This document shows positions 17,167 to 25,698 of a stretch of DNA of 32,000 nt, piece after piece (the first letter of the stretch is position 1; every line of letters begins with the position of its first letter). The DNA is from Candidatus Heimdallarchaeota archaeon (GTDB lineage: Archaea > Asgardarchaeota > Heimdallarchaeia > Heimdallarchaeales > Heimdallarchaeaceae). The stretch is from assembly GCA_030668875.1 (NCBI GenBank), contig DAOVER010000026.1, positions 9,222-41,221 of the forward strand. The letters run 5' to 3'. The translations under genes were made by a program, and so were the position numbers. The notes beneath the pieces were generated by a model that saw nothing but the letters and a program-made list of their open reading frames with translations, ran no database searches and was not told the DNA's origin.

Positions 17167-19521
17167 ATGAGTTTAGAGGAAATTCGAACCCTCATTTTAG
17201 ATGATAAGAGTAATGAAATTCGACTAAATAACATCAAAATCTATCAACATTTGATAACATTACTTAAGGATAAGGAAGATTATATTAGAAAACAAGCTAC
17301 TTCAATTGTATTTGGTTCCGATTTCATTCCATCAGATAAAATTATTGACGAGTATCTAAGTGATCCTGACCCCTTGCTTAAGGATATAATTATCAATAAA
17401 CTTCATTTTTTTGTCCCAATATTATCAAAATATCTTACTCAAGATAAAAGTTTCAAACCAATTTCAGAAATCATCAATTCGTTGAAAACTAAAACCATCC
17501 ATGATGCAATAGCGAAATCATATAAGATTACACCCGTACTTACATCCCTTACAGAGCTCTCGATTAGGCTATGTCATTCTTCACTTGCTCAACAAGAAGA
17601 AACTATAATCTCCTTTCAGTTAGTTACTGATCATGCAAAAGAAGTTAAGAAAATACTTGTTTTCGGATTAAAGCAATCAGAACCTATTTATTCAGAACTT
17701 GTTCTACTAACAGTCACTTTGTTTCCAGAATTAGCTACTTTGATAGAAAAACAAATACGAGATGTTGTAGTGAAATCTAATTCAGAAGAGCAAGTAAAAT
17801 ATGCATCAATTGCTCTTATGAATTTGCAAGAACCGAAGAATGCAGATGTGCTCATTTCGCGATTATTGAACAAAGAAGATTCTATTGATACTAGATTATC
17901 AATTATAGAATCACTTGGAAACTTAGGTAATCCAAAAGCGAGTCAAGTATTAATTGATCAATTCTCTAAAGGCAATTCTCTTGCTTATTATTCAACTCGA
18001 TCTCTTGCAATGCTTGGAGATAGTGTTCTCCCTCTACTCGTAAAAGAATTGGAGTATGATAACAAAGTCCCTTATATTATTGAAACAATGAAACGCATCG
18101 GAGAAACTAGTTACGGTTATTTAATGGACGCTCTCAATAAAGGAAAGAGAAATGTGAGAAAGAACGCAGCTCAATGTCTTACTTTAGTCATGAGCCAGAA
18201 ATATGGGTATGAAGGAGCAATACGTTTACTTACTTCACAACTCGCAGGAAAAAACACTGCAATTTTGGAGTCAGTTACACAAGCATTACTAACTTTAGGA
18301 ACTCCTTCCATTAGGGTTTTAATCAAAGACTTGGCCGATGATGACCTAAAACTAAGGAAAAATGCATTTGAGGTTTTGCAATATTTCGGCTATGATAACA
18401 TCGAACTCGCTTTAGATGGTTTATTGGAAACTGATATCACACTCGGAGTGAAACTTGGTATCGTACTTTACATGTACTATCCTGAGGCGGAGATGCAAAA
18501 ATTAGGTTATAGTTTTGCTATTAGCAAGAACAAGATACGTAGCAAAGACGATGTAACCTACGAACTAATTGCAAAAGGTTTAAAGGAACTTGATCCTGAT
18601 ATCCGTGAAAAATCATGTGAATTACTTTATTACTTTGGGACAAAAGCCGTTCCAACACTTTCATCAGTCTTATCAGATCCAAATATCCAAGTTAGAAGGA
18701 AAGCTGTGGCATCTCTTAGGAAACTAAAAAGCAAACGAGCTCTTATTACATTAATAAAAGGCGCTAAAGATAATGATGATATCATCGCAGAAATATCTAC
18801 TCGAGCATTGGGTGAACTGAAAGATCCCGGTGTAATTGATGTAATAGTAAACAATATGAAACGCTCAAAAACTTTGGTTAGAGATGCAGCTGTATATGCT
18901 GCTACACAAATAGGTTCCCCTATAGCAAAGAAGCTTTCAGCTCAGTTAAATGCAAGTAATCAGAATTTGGTTAAAGCAACAATAGATGCTTTGAGTAAGA
19001 TGGATAGTAAAACTTTGAGAGTTATGTTGTCAAATTTGCAAACAGCTGAAGAACGTTGGTTTTCAAATATGAAGAAGGTGGTTCAACAGATGGGTCATTC
19101 AGCGATTCCAACGTTACAATCCTTACATAAAAAAGCTAAAAATGTAAAGGTAAATGAAAGACTGCTTATTTTACTCTCGCTATGTAAAGATACTAATGTA
19201 ATTCCCAGTTTGATTGAATTAATACTTGAAGATAACCAGAAAATAGGCATTGCAGGTCTAAATAATTTTGGAGAAGATGGTAAAGATAAAATCGTAGAAG
19301 TGTTGCTAGATGCATCTACCAAAACTAGAAAACTATTCATTGAAAAATCTAAAGGATTGGAAGGTGAGCTAACTGTAGCTTTAATCTCTGCATTTGGACA
19401 AGAGAAAAAACTGAAATCTCTAGTTAATCCAATGTTTAAAGTTCACAATAGATCTGTCAGAAAATACTGTCAAACTAAAAATATGAAATATGAAGATTTC
19501 ATAGAAAATTGTAAAAAATGA
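17167..19521 (+). CDS. HEAT-repeat (alpha-solenoid) protein
   Basis: Repeated units such as LSSVLSDPNIQVRRKAVASLRKL, LIKDLADDDLKLRKNAFEVL and DSIDTRLSIIESLGNLGNPKA. Confidence 0.9.
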   Translation: MSLEEIRTLILDDKSNEIRLNNIKIYQHLITLLKDKEDYIRKQATSIVFGSDFIPSDKIIDEYLSDPDPLLKDIIINKLHFFVPILSKYLTQDKSFKPISEIINSLKTKTIHDAIAKSYKITPVLTSLTELSIRLCHSSLAQQEETIISFQLVTDHAKEVKKILVFGLKQSEPIYSELVLLTVTLFPELATLIEKQIRDVVVKSNSEEQVKYASIALMNLQEPKNADVLISRLLNKEDSIDTRLSIIESLGNLGNPKASQVLIDQFSKGNSLAYYSTRSLAMLGDSVLPLLVKELEYDNKVPYIIETMKRIGETSYGYLMDALNKGKRNVRKNAAQCLTLVMSQKYGYEGAIRLLTSQLAGKNTAILESVTQALLTLGTPSIRVLIKDLADDDLKLRKNAFEVLQYFGYDNIELALDGLLETDITLGVKLGIVLYMYYPEAEMQKLGYSFAISKNKIRSKDDVTYELIAKGLKELDPDIREKSCELLYYFGTKAVPTLSSVLSDPNIQVRRKAVASLRKLKSKRALITLIKGAKDNDDIIAEISTRALGELKDPGVIDVIVNNMKRSKTLVRDAAVYAATQIGSPIAKKLSAQLNASNQNLVKATIDALSKMDSKTLRVMLSNLQTAEERWFSNMKKVVQQMGHSAIPTLQSLHKKAKNVKVNERLLILLSLCKDTNVIPSLIELILEDNQKIGIAGLNNFGEDGKDKIVEVLLDASTKTRKLFIEKSKGLEGELTVALISAFGQEKKLKSLVNPMFKVHNRSVRKYCQTKNMKYEDFIENCKK

Positions 19522-19533
19522 CTCTGCTCTAGA

Positions 19534-20607
19534 TCAATAATTTAAAACGGATTCAATAGTTAACTCGTCTGTGTTGCCTTTTTCTTGTTTTGAAATTATT
19601 TTGCTTAAATTATTTGATAAAACAGGAGATAAAGAAAATTCATATTGGAGAGGTAGTAAAAACTGTACAAGTTTTGTGTTAGTACATCTCTTAATGCTTT
19701 CATCAGACAACTCAGGATTTTTGACATTTGCGAATATTTCATCAACTATTTCCAAAGTATCAATATGAGGGAAAATGGAATTAAACAATACTTTAGTCTT
19801 ATTTGTAGCTTCCTCATGGTTAAAATCACTAAATAGTTGAAATATATGGAAGTAACCCGCTTCTTCTAACCACATAAACGATTTAGTATCCACATCATAA
19901 AGGCTTATACGTGGAAATTTCTCGATAATGGGTGTTGATACCTTAAATCCTTTCATCTCTTGAAAGGAGTTATTTGGTAAAAGATCAGCTGATGTAGAAA
20001 TGATGAGATTTTTAGCATTGTATGTATAATCGTTTGTAATAATGCTATTGTCAGATTCTTCATATTTAAACTCGTTAGACTCGCTAATAATGTGGACATT
20101 ATTTTCCTCAGCGATTTTACTATATGTATCTATGAGGGTATGAATATCAGAACATGCAAATGAATCAGATATTTCAGTCAGAAAAACTTCATTTTCTCTA
20201 TTTATGAAAGAGTAATTCCTAGCTATGTCTTCAGTTGCATAATTGTTGTGCTTAATATTTGTATCTGCTATTTTTGTGAGAACTTCATCCATCAAATCAA
20301 ATGATTTTTTGGTTCGGAATAGAAGTGCTAAGGGATTTTTTGAGAGTTCAAACTGAGATGTGATAGAGTGCAGATCTTCTAATAATAATCCGGATTTTGA
20401 AAATGCTTTGGCCATCTGTGAACTCGGTAGTTCAGTAACTGGAAGTAGAATACTTGGTGTTAAGAATGAAAACGTATCTTTCCTATCTTCTCTCTGTAAT
20501 AGTGTTATATCCTCATCTGGATTGTTTAATGAAATATAATAAGCAAGAGCTGATGCAGATAATCCATCACCTTCTATTAGAATATCTGTACTGTACATTC
20601 CACTCAT
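19534..20607 (-). CDS. FAD-dependent oxidoreductase-like protein (DAO/glycine oxidase fold), degenerate
   Basis: N-terminal DILIEGDGLSASALAYYIS resembles a Rossmann beta-alpha unit with an imperfect GxGxxG. Length and layout fit the DAO family. Confidence 0.6.
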   Translation of the reverse strand: MSGMYSTDILIEGDGLSASALAYYISLNNPDEDITLLQREDRKDTFSFLTPSILLPVTELPSSQMAKAFSKSGLLLEDLHSITSQFELSKNPLALLFRTKKSFDLMDEVLTKIADTNIKHNNYATEDIARNYSFINRENEVFLTEISDSFACSDIHTLIDTYSKIAEENNVHIISESNEFKYEESDNSIITNDYTYNAKNLIISTSADLLPNNSFQEMKGFKVSTPIIEKFPRISLYDVDTKSFMWLEEAGYFHIFQLFSDFNHEEATNKTKVLFNSIFPHIDTLEIVDEIFANVKNPELSDESIKRCTNTKLVQFLLPLQYEFSLSPVLSNNLSKIISKQEKGNTDELTIESVLNY

Positions 20608-20656
20608 ACGGTATTATTAGGAATACCTATATAAATTTAGAACATTATTTACAGAT

Positions 20657-20926
20657 ATGGCTCATGATATAATTCTAAAGGTTATCAAACAAGAAGGTAA
20701 TTGTGCAGCAGGTCACAATGTAGGCGATGAAATCACAATTAGCTTCGAAAAGAATGAAATTAAAGGTAAAATATGCCTTCACGCACTTTATTCCGTTTTA
20801 CCTAAAGTGTTTGCAATGGCTTACGGGGCAGAATTTCCTTGGCTAGAAGATGCTGATGTATCAACTCATGCGTGTCCAGACGCACACAATCCATTAACCT
20901 ATCAAGTTACAAGAATTCGAAAATAA
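20657..20926 (+). CDS. TIGR04076-family small Cys-containing protein
   Basis: CAAGHNVGD...ICLHAL...FPW...CPD..N matches the family pattern as I recall it. Confidence 0.75.
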   Translation: MAHDIILKVIKQEGNCAAGHNVGDEITISFEKNEIKGKICLHALYSVLPKVFAMAYGAEFPWLEDADVSTHACPDAHNPLTYQVTRIRK

Positions 20927-20927
20927 C

Positions 20928-20947
20928 TTTTCCTTTTTTTTGCTTTT
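20928..20947 (+). terminator. Oligo-T archaeal terminator
   Basis: TTTTCCTTTTTTTTGCTTTT directly follows the stop codon at 20926. Confidence 0.6.
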
Positions 20948-21011
20948 ATATAGTCAAAGCTGATATATATTTTAGTTTATCTTAAGCTATTTACATTCAA
21001 AGGTAAAGAAA

Positions 21012-21881
21012 TTGAGCAATAAATCTATTCTAGTGGAGCAGGATGGCAATTTTACAGTAAAGCAGTTTCACAACTTTGTTCAAGGAGTGAAACTGTACTT
21101 TGGAGATAACAAAGATTTAGTACATTTTATAAATGACATGATTCTCAATGAAAAATGCTGGAAAAAGATTTTTCAAGATAGTGAATATGCAGAAGAAATA
21201 ATCTTTAACAGAGATATTAATAGTTCAAAGGAATCAAATAAACAACAGGAAGAAAAGAAATTAATTGGATATTTTAGGGAATATTTTGAAGATCTTATCA
21301 CTTCTAAAGTTACAAATCTAGAGAAACATCTTATTAAGCATTATACCAGGAAAAATTCGAAAAATGAAGAGAAATATATATTCAAAAATGAAGTAGATGC
21401 TTTTGTAAGTAACTTAATAGGTAGATTAGGGATTCATCAACCAAATTTCACAAGCAAATATAGTGAACCGTACCAGAAAGCTTTTCTTCTAAATAATCTT
21501 GAATATGACCAAATCTATAGACCCTCAGAAAAATTTTTATCCGAACTAAAGAAAAATGGTGCAAATTTAATAGTGTTATTGAATGGGATATCTAAACATA
21601 CAACTAAAGCAGGTTTTGACGATATTATAATCTGGAAACAATCTGATAAAGAATGTATCGATGTAAGAATTATTCAAATGAAAAGCGGATCTCATCTAAA
21701 TCTTAAAGGATCCTGGAACCCATTATATAACCATTATTCGAAATCTAGTTCTCTTGTTAGGTATAGAACATCAAAAAAAAGCAACTTTCTAGATGCGAAG
21801 ATGAGAAATTGTTTCAGAAGACTGTTGAATTCAGAAATATCTCCTATTAGAAAAGAAATAACAAAAAAAATAATGGTTTGA
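21012..21881 (+). CDS. Hypothetical protein with a PD-(D/E)XK-like nuclease motif
   Basis: GFDDIIIW-x9-VRIIQMKSG (nt 21618-21683) resembles the D...(Q/E)xK catalytic motif. TTG start. Confidence 0.5.
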   Translation: MSNKSILVEQDGNFTVKQFHNFVQGVKLYFGDNKDLVHFINDMILNEKCWKKIFQDSEYAEEIIFNRDINSSKESNKQQEEKKLIGYFREYFEDLITSKVTNLEKHLIKHYTRKNSKNEEKYIFKNEVDAFVSNLIGRLGIHQPNFTSKYSEPYQKAFLLNNLEYDQIYRPSEKFLSELKKNGANLIVLLNGISKHTTKAGFDDIIIWKQSDKECIDVRIIQMKSGSHLNLKGSWNPLYNHYSKSSSLVRYRTSKKSNFLDAKMRNCFRRLLNSEISPIRKEITKKIMV

Positions 21882-23524
21882 AGAATTTTATTGAACTTAT
21901 TCTTAAGAAATATAGTTTCTATACTGAATGTGTGGGCGGAGGATTTTGGAGTAACTTTACAAAAAGTGCAGGTTGGACACTAGAAAAACTTATCATAGAT
22001 TTGAAGAAACAATATCCTGATATCTTGAAACGCCCGCTTCAAGATTATTTAAATGCAATAGTCAAGCAGAATCAATTTGTAGACTTAATTCAAAATGGTT
22101 GCACGCAGATTATTTCTCTGAATAAGAACAAACATTGGGAAATCTCATACACATATACATCTGAATCATTGTTTGAAATTAAAATAAGAAATGAATTATG
22201 GAGTAAGAGAGTCAAATTTTCTGGGGAATATTTTCTACCTTGTTCCTTCAATAGAGTGGATGAACAGAACAAGAATATTTACATAAAACTCAAAGGATTT
22301 CCCCTATCGAAATCAGCAAGCAATATTAATGAAGCAATATGCAATTACTTGAATGATGTAATTAATAAAATCTGTTTCTCATTTCCAATCTCAGAACAAC
22401 TTTATTGTGACATTCAAAATGATCCAAAATTACTATTATCTCAAATCAATAAAATCCATAAGAAAATCTATAGAGAATTCATCCTTTATATGCCTGAAAT
22501 AAAAGATATTTTGGGTCCAAATGGATTTACTACAGTCTTATATACACTGTCTGAAGATTTAGATTTTAAGGAATATATTGATGCGATCTTCAATCTCTGG
22601 TCAGTTAAACCATATGATGTGGTTCTTCACATGATACACCCAAGTAAACATGTACTATCTGATTTTTACAGCAAAACTCAAGAAAAACTTCTAGGTGATA
22701 TAACCAAACTTGAACATAAAATGCTAAGATTAGTATTGGAGTTTTTTACTTCAGATAATTTGAGAAAAAAGAGTAAAAATTTTTTTGTGAATATTTTTGA
22801 TAACGACTTTCTACTAGGAATGTATATATGGAAATTTGCTGATGAGCCCTTTTCATTACCATGTATAGGAAGATGGAAACGATTTGATAATATCGGTTTT
22901 ACATTTTTCAATGAACAAAATGAGCTAATAAGGATGCCTTGGGGAAGTGGAAAATACAAGGGAGGAAAGCCTTCCATATTTTTCTTTTCTGTTGATTTCA
23001 AAAAATGGAGAAAAACTGGGAGAACTATAACAGATTTACAGTTCCCATTTAGGTCCCCTAGACTATCAAAAAATAGGATTCAAATTAAGTTTACAAGTAA
23101 TATGCAAATTCTAAATCACTGGAAGATTCTTCTTAAAACTGCAGGTATAGACAAGAAATTAATATCCTGTTTAAAACCTGAAGCTTCTCTGACTCAATCA
23201 AATGAAATGTTTCATCTCATGGTTATTATCATGAATCTATATCAGAAAAACTGGGACTTGTTTTTCAAAACTATGTGGAATACAAAGAAATTAAATCCGA
23301 GTATCGATAATGTATCAGCAGATGTTAATATTGAAAATGAACAAATATATTATACTAACCCGATTACTAAGGAGAAAATCAAAGTTCATGTAGCAATGTG
23401 TAAAATCTACAAAAAACCTCGAGGATATGAAGTAATTCATAAACATTATCTACCCATCTCTGGTAGTTATTTTGGACGGTACATAAATAGGTTGAATTAT
23501 GAGTTTTCAAAAATTGAAATGTGA
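21878..23524 (+). CDS. Hypothetical protein (548 aa), possibly the C-terminal part of a frameshifted fusion with the upstream ORF
   Basis: Long open frame with a TTGA overlap. The frame is open from 21851. No family recognised. Confidence 0.7.
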   Translation: MKNFIELILKKYSFYTECVGGGFWSNFTKSAGWTLEKLIIDLKKQYPDILKRPLQDYLNAIVKQNQFVDLIQNGCTQIISLNKNKHWEISYTYTSESLFEIKIRNELWSKRVKFSGEYFLPCSFNRVDEQNKNIYIKLKGFPLSKSASNINEAICNYLNDVINKICFSFPISEQLYCDIQNDPKLLLSQINKIHKKIYREFILYMPEIKDILGPNGFTTVLYTLSEDLDFKEYIDAIFNLWSVKPYDVVLHMIHPSKHVLSDFYSKTQEKLLGDITKLEHKMLRLVLEFFTSDNLRKKSKNFFVNIFDNDFLLGMYIWKFADEPFSLPCIGRWKRFDNIGFTFFNEQNELIRMPWGSGKYKGGKPSIFFFSVDFKKWRKTGRTITDLQFPFRSPRLSKNRIQIKFTSNMQILNHWKILLKTAGIDKKLISCLKPEASLTQSNEMFHLMVIIMNLYQKNWDLFFKTMWNTKKLNPSIDNVSADVNIENEQIYYTNPITKEKIKVHVAMCKIYKKPRGYEVIHKHYLPISGSYFGRYINRLNYEFSKIEM

Positions 23525-23542
23525 ATCGAAATGGAATTGGAG

Positions 23543-23557
23543 TTCTTTTTTTTTATT
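23543..23557 (+). terminator. Oligo-T terminator
   Basis: TTCTTTTTTTTTATT (T9 run) lies about 20 nt after the stop at 23524. Confidence 0.55.
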
Positions 23558-23645
23558 CACATTTTCTGAATTCAAAATGTACCAATACTCATTCTTGGAG
23601 CCCTCTTGTTTATGAAGTAAAAAGAATAAGAAAAAAGTAGAATAG

Positions 23646-24578
23646 TTAACCTATTACTAAGAAAACTATCTTGTCGACAATAAAGAGTAATAAGAAAACT
23701 AGGAAGACAATTAGAAGTATTTCTTTTGTAGTATAAGCCCACTCGGGACTCTGGTTTATCAAGATTGCAACAGCTAAGAACAGCACTAATGCTATTATTA
23801 AACATCCTATAATTATACTTGCCAAATACTCTAAACCGAGAAACACAGCTATCCCTCCCCCTGTGAGTAGACAAAACAGAAAGAACGATCCTATCGCAGC
23901 AGCAGGCTTAACTCCAAATTTTACAGCCAATGTTCTAACTCCAGCTTCCCTATCTCCTTCAACATCTGGTAGTCCCTTTATTACTTCTCTACCGATATTT
24001 CCTAGACCTGCTGCAGCCCCTACTATTATGGGTACAAATTGGAAGTCTCCACCATATACTAAAAATGAGTGTAATGCACCATAAGCAAACAGAGCAGTAA
24101 CATTTATTCCTATTGTGGCATTCCCCCAAATTCCACGTTTTTTTAGTTTAAAGTCATAGAGGTCAAGGGACCCTCCAAATATTATTGCTGTTAATACACT
24201 CAAACCATATAGATCGTTTCTTACATCTATTACAACAGCTGTAATTAGTGCAAGAATTGCAACAATTACTCCATAAATATAAGCTGCTTTAATAGATATT
24301 TTTCCAGAAGGTATAGGTCTATGAGGGGCATTAATTTTATCTTCTTCTTTATCAGCTATATCATTGAAAATCATAGCTTGACAGGAAACAAGTGCTGCTG
24401 CTAGTACTACCAGACCTAAACTAAGATAGTCTATGTCTGATGCAGTAATAGTATCGGCATCAAATGAAAGCACTAATCCGAATGCTGCTGCAGCTCCTGA
24501 TACAATTCCATTAACTATTCTCAAAATAGTAAAATAGGAGAGCACAATTTGTCCTTTTGAAAATTGGGTTTTAGACAT
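23646..24578 (-). CDS. UbiA-family prenyltransferase, probably digeranylgeranylglyceryl phosphate (DGGGP) synthase
   Basis: FNDIADKEEDKINAPHRPIPSG and REVIKGLPDVEGDREAGVRTLAVKFG motifs; multiple TM helices. Confidence 0.88.
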   Translation of the reverse strand: MSKTQFSKGQIVLSYFTILRIVNGIVSGAAAAFGLVLSFDADTITASDIDYLSLGLVVLAAALVSCQAMIFNDIADKEEDKINAPHRPIPSGKISIKAAYIYGVIVAILALITAVVIDVRNDLYGLSVLTAIIFGGSLDLYDFKLKKRGIWGNATIGINVTALFAYGALHSFLVYGGDFQFVPIIVGAAAGLGNIGREVIKGLPDVEGDREAGVRTLAVKFGVKPAAAIGSFFLFCLLTGGGIAVFLGLEYLASIIIGCLIIALVLFLAVAILINQSPEWAYTTKEILLIVFLVFLLLFIVDKIVFLVIG

Positions 24579-24626
24579 GATGCTTTCATATCATCAAGTC
24601 AGATATAAAATTTACCTAGTAATCTT

Positions 24627-24791
24627 TTAGTCAACTAATTTTATTGAGAGTTCTATCTCTCTCAGATCTTCTTCTTCAACACCTTTAAGAGTACTAATTA
24701 ACGCTAGGTTTAATTTCTCAAATAGTTGTTTAATATAATTGTTCAAAGGTACTTTTTCATTATTAATTTTCAATAGAATCCTATCTGTCAC
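24627..24791 (-). CDS. Small 54-aa protein not in the ORF track
   Basis: Manual translation from GTG: MTDRILLKINNEKVPLNNYIKQLFEKLNLALISTLKGVEEEDLREIELSIKLVD*. It has an upstream GTGAT SD-like motif and fills the 250-nt gap on the same strand as its neighbours. Confidence 0.8.
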   Translation of the reverse strand: MTDRILLKINNEKVPLNNYIKQLFEKLNLALISTLKGVEEEDLREIELSIKLVD

Positions 24792-24832
24792 ATATATCAC
24801 TAAGAGAAATAAAAAAAGAGTGTAATAAAAAG

Positions 24833-25630
24833 TTATTTTAGCTTGATAGTTGGATTGGGGTCATCTTTTCCATGCATTTCGATTTCAACAAGCCCTGCAG
24901 ATTCTAGCATTTGTACATATTTTAGAATTGCATGTGTTGATGAACCGGTAGACATAGCTAATCTTTTTAGTTCAATTACTTTGTATTTTTCAAGAGTTCC
25001 AAGCCAGCTATAGGATGGATCATTTTCTGCAATAATCGTAAATCTTCTAACAGCTTCCTCTTTGTCTTTTAATTGATCTTTTATTTGCTCTAATCTTGAA
25101 GATTCAGCTAGAAACTCATTATGTCGATTCTCAAATGTTGCTTTCTCATCTTTAATTTGTTCTATTTGAGCTTCAAGTTCAGTTTTAGCACTTTCAATCT
25201 CATTTAAATTTTCTCGTAGCTTGTCTATTGTGTGCTGATTTTCTTGAACTTCATCTTTATCAGTTTCTAATTCTCTCTTGAAATTTCCAATTTCTGTTTC
25301 TTTCTGCAACAAGTCATTTTTTAATTGTTGGATTTCATTTTGACTATCTTCTTTTTCTGTTTGAAATTCAGAAATTTGTTGATTTAGAGCTGATATCTCC
25401 GATTCTAGATCTATTTTTGCAGTTTCTAATTCCCCAAGAACAGCTGATTTTCCTTTAATGTCAGTTAGCTCTTCAATAAGTGAATTATTTTTAGTTTCTA
25501 ATTCTGCTCCTTTTGATTCAAGTTCTTCTATCTTTTTCTCAAGATTTCGAACTGTATTCTCTAGTTCTGTAATTTTAATTGCATCGCTAACTGATATAAT
25601 TCCATTTTCTTCTGTCAAATAAATCACCAT
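24833..25630 (-). CDS. Long coiled-coil protein with a C-terminal winged-helix-like domain
   Basis: About 190 aa of E/K/L-rich heptads, then LGTLEKYKVIELKRLAMSTGSSTHAILKYVQMLESAGLVEIE (HTH plus the GLV wing pattern). Confidence 0.75.
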   Translation of the reverse strand: MVIYLTEENGIISVSDAIKITELENTVRNLEKKIEELESKGAELETKNNSLIEELTDIKGKSAVLGELETAKIDLESEISALNQQISEFQTEKEDSQNEIQQLKNDLLQKETEIGNFKRELETDKDEVQENQHTIDKLRENLNEIESAKTELEAQIEQIKDEKATFENRHNEFLAESSRLEQIKDQLKDKEEAVRRFTIIAENDPSYSWLGTLEKYKVIELKRLAMSTGSSTHAILKYVQMLESAGLVEIEMHGKDDPNPTIKLK

Positions 25631-25698
25631 AGGCTATTGAATGAATCTTATTTCTAACAAAAATATCTGATTTGAATTACTTAAACCTTGTGACTTTC

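Noticed and set aside
17130-19521. CAAX prenylation signals on the GTPase or the HEAT protein (ends ENCKK)
   Set aside because: The GTPase has no C-terminal Cys. The HEAT protein's Cys is third from the end and followed by lysines, which is not CaaX.
21773-21780. Second A8 tract in islet ORF1 as a frameshift site
   Set aside because: The -1 frame hits TAG at 21848-21850, so a slip here cannot reach ORF2.
20927-23645. Islet as a mobile element with terminal repeats or a target-site duplication
   Set aside because: I found no convincing inverted or direct repeats, transposase or integrase; only T-rich terminators flank it.
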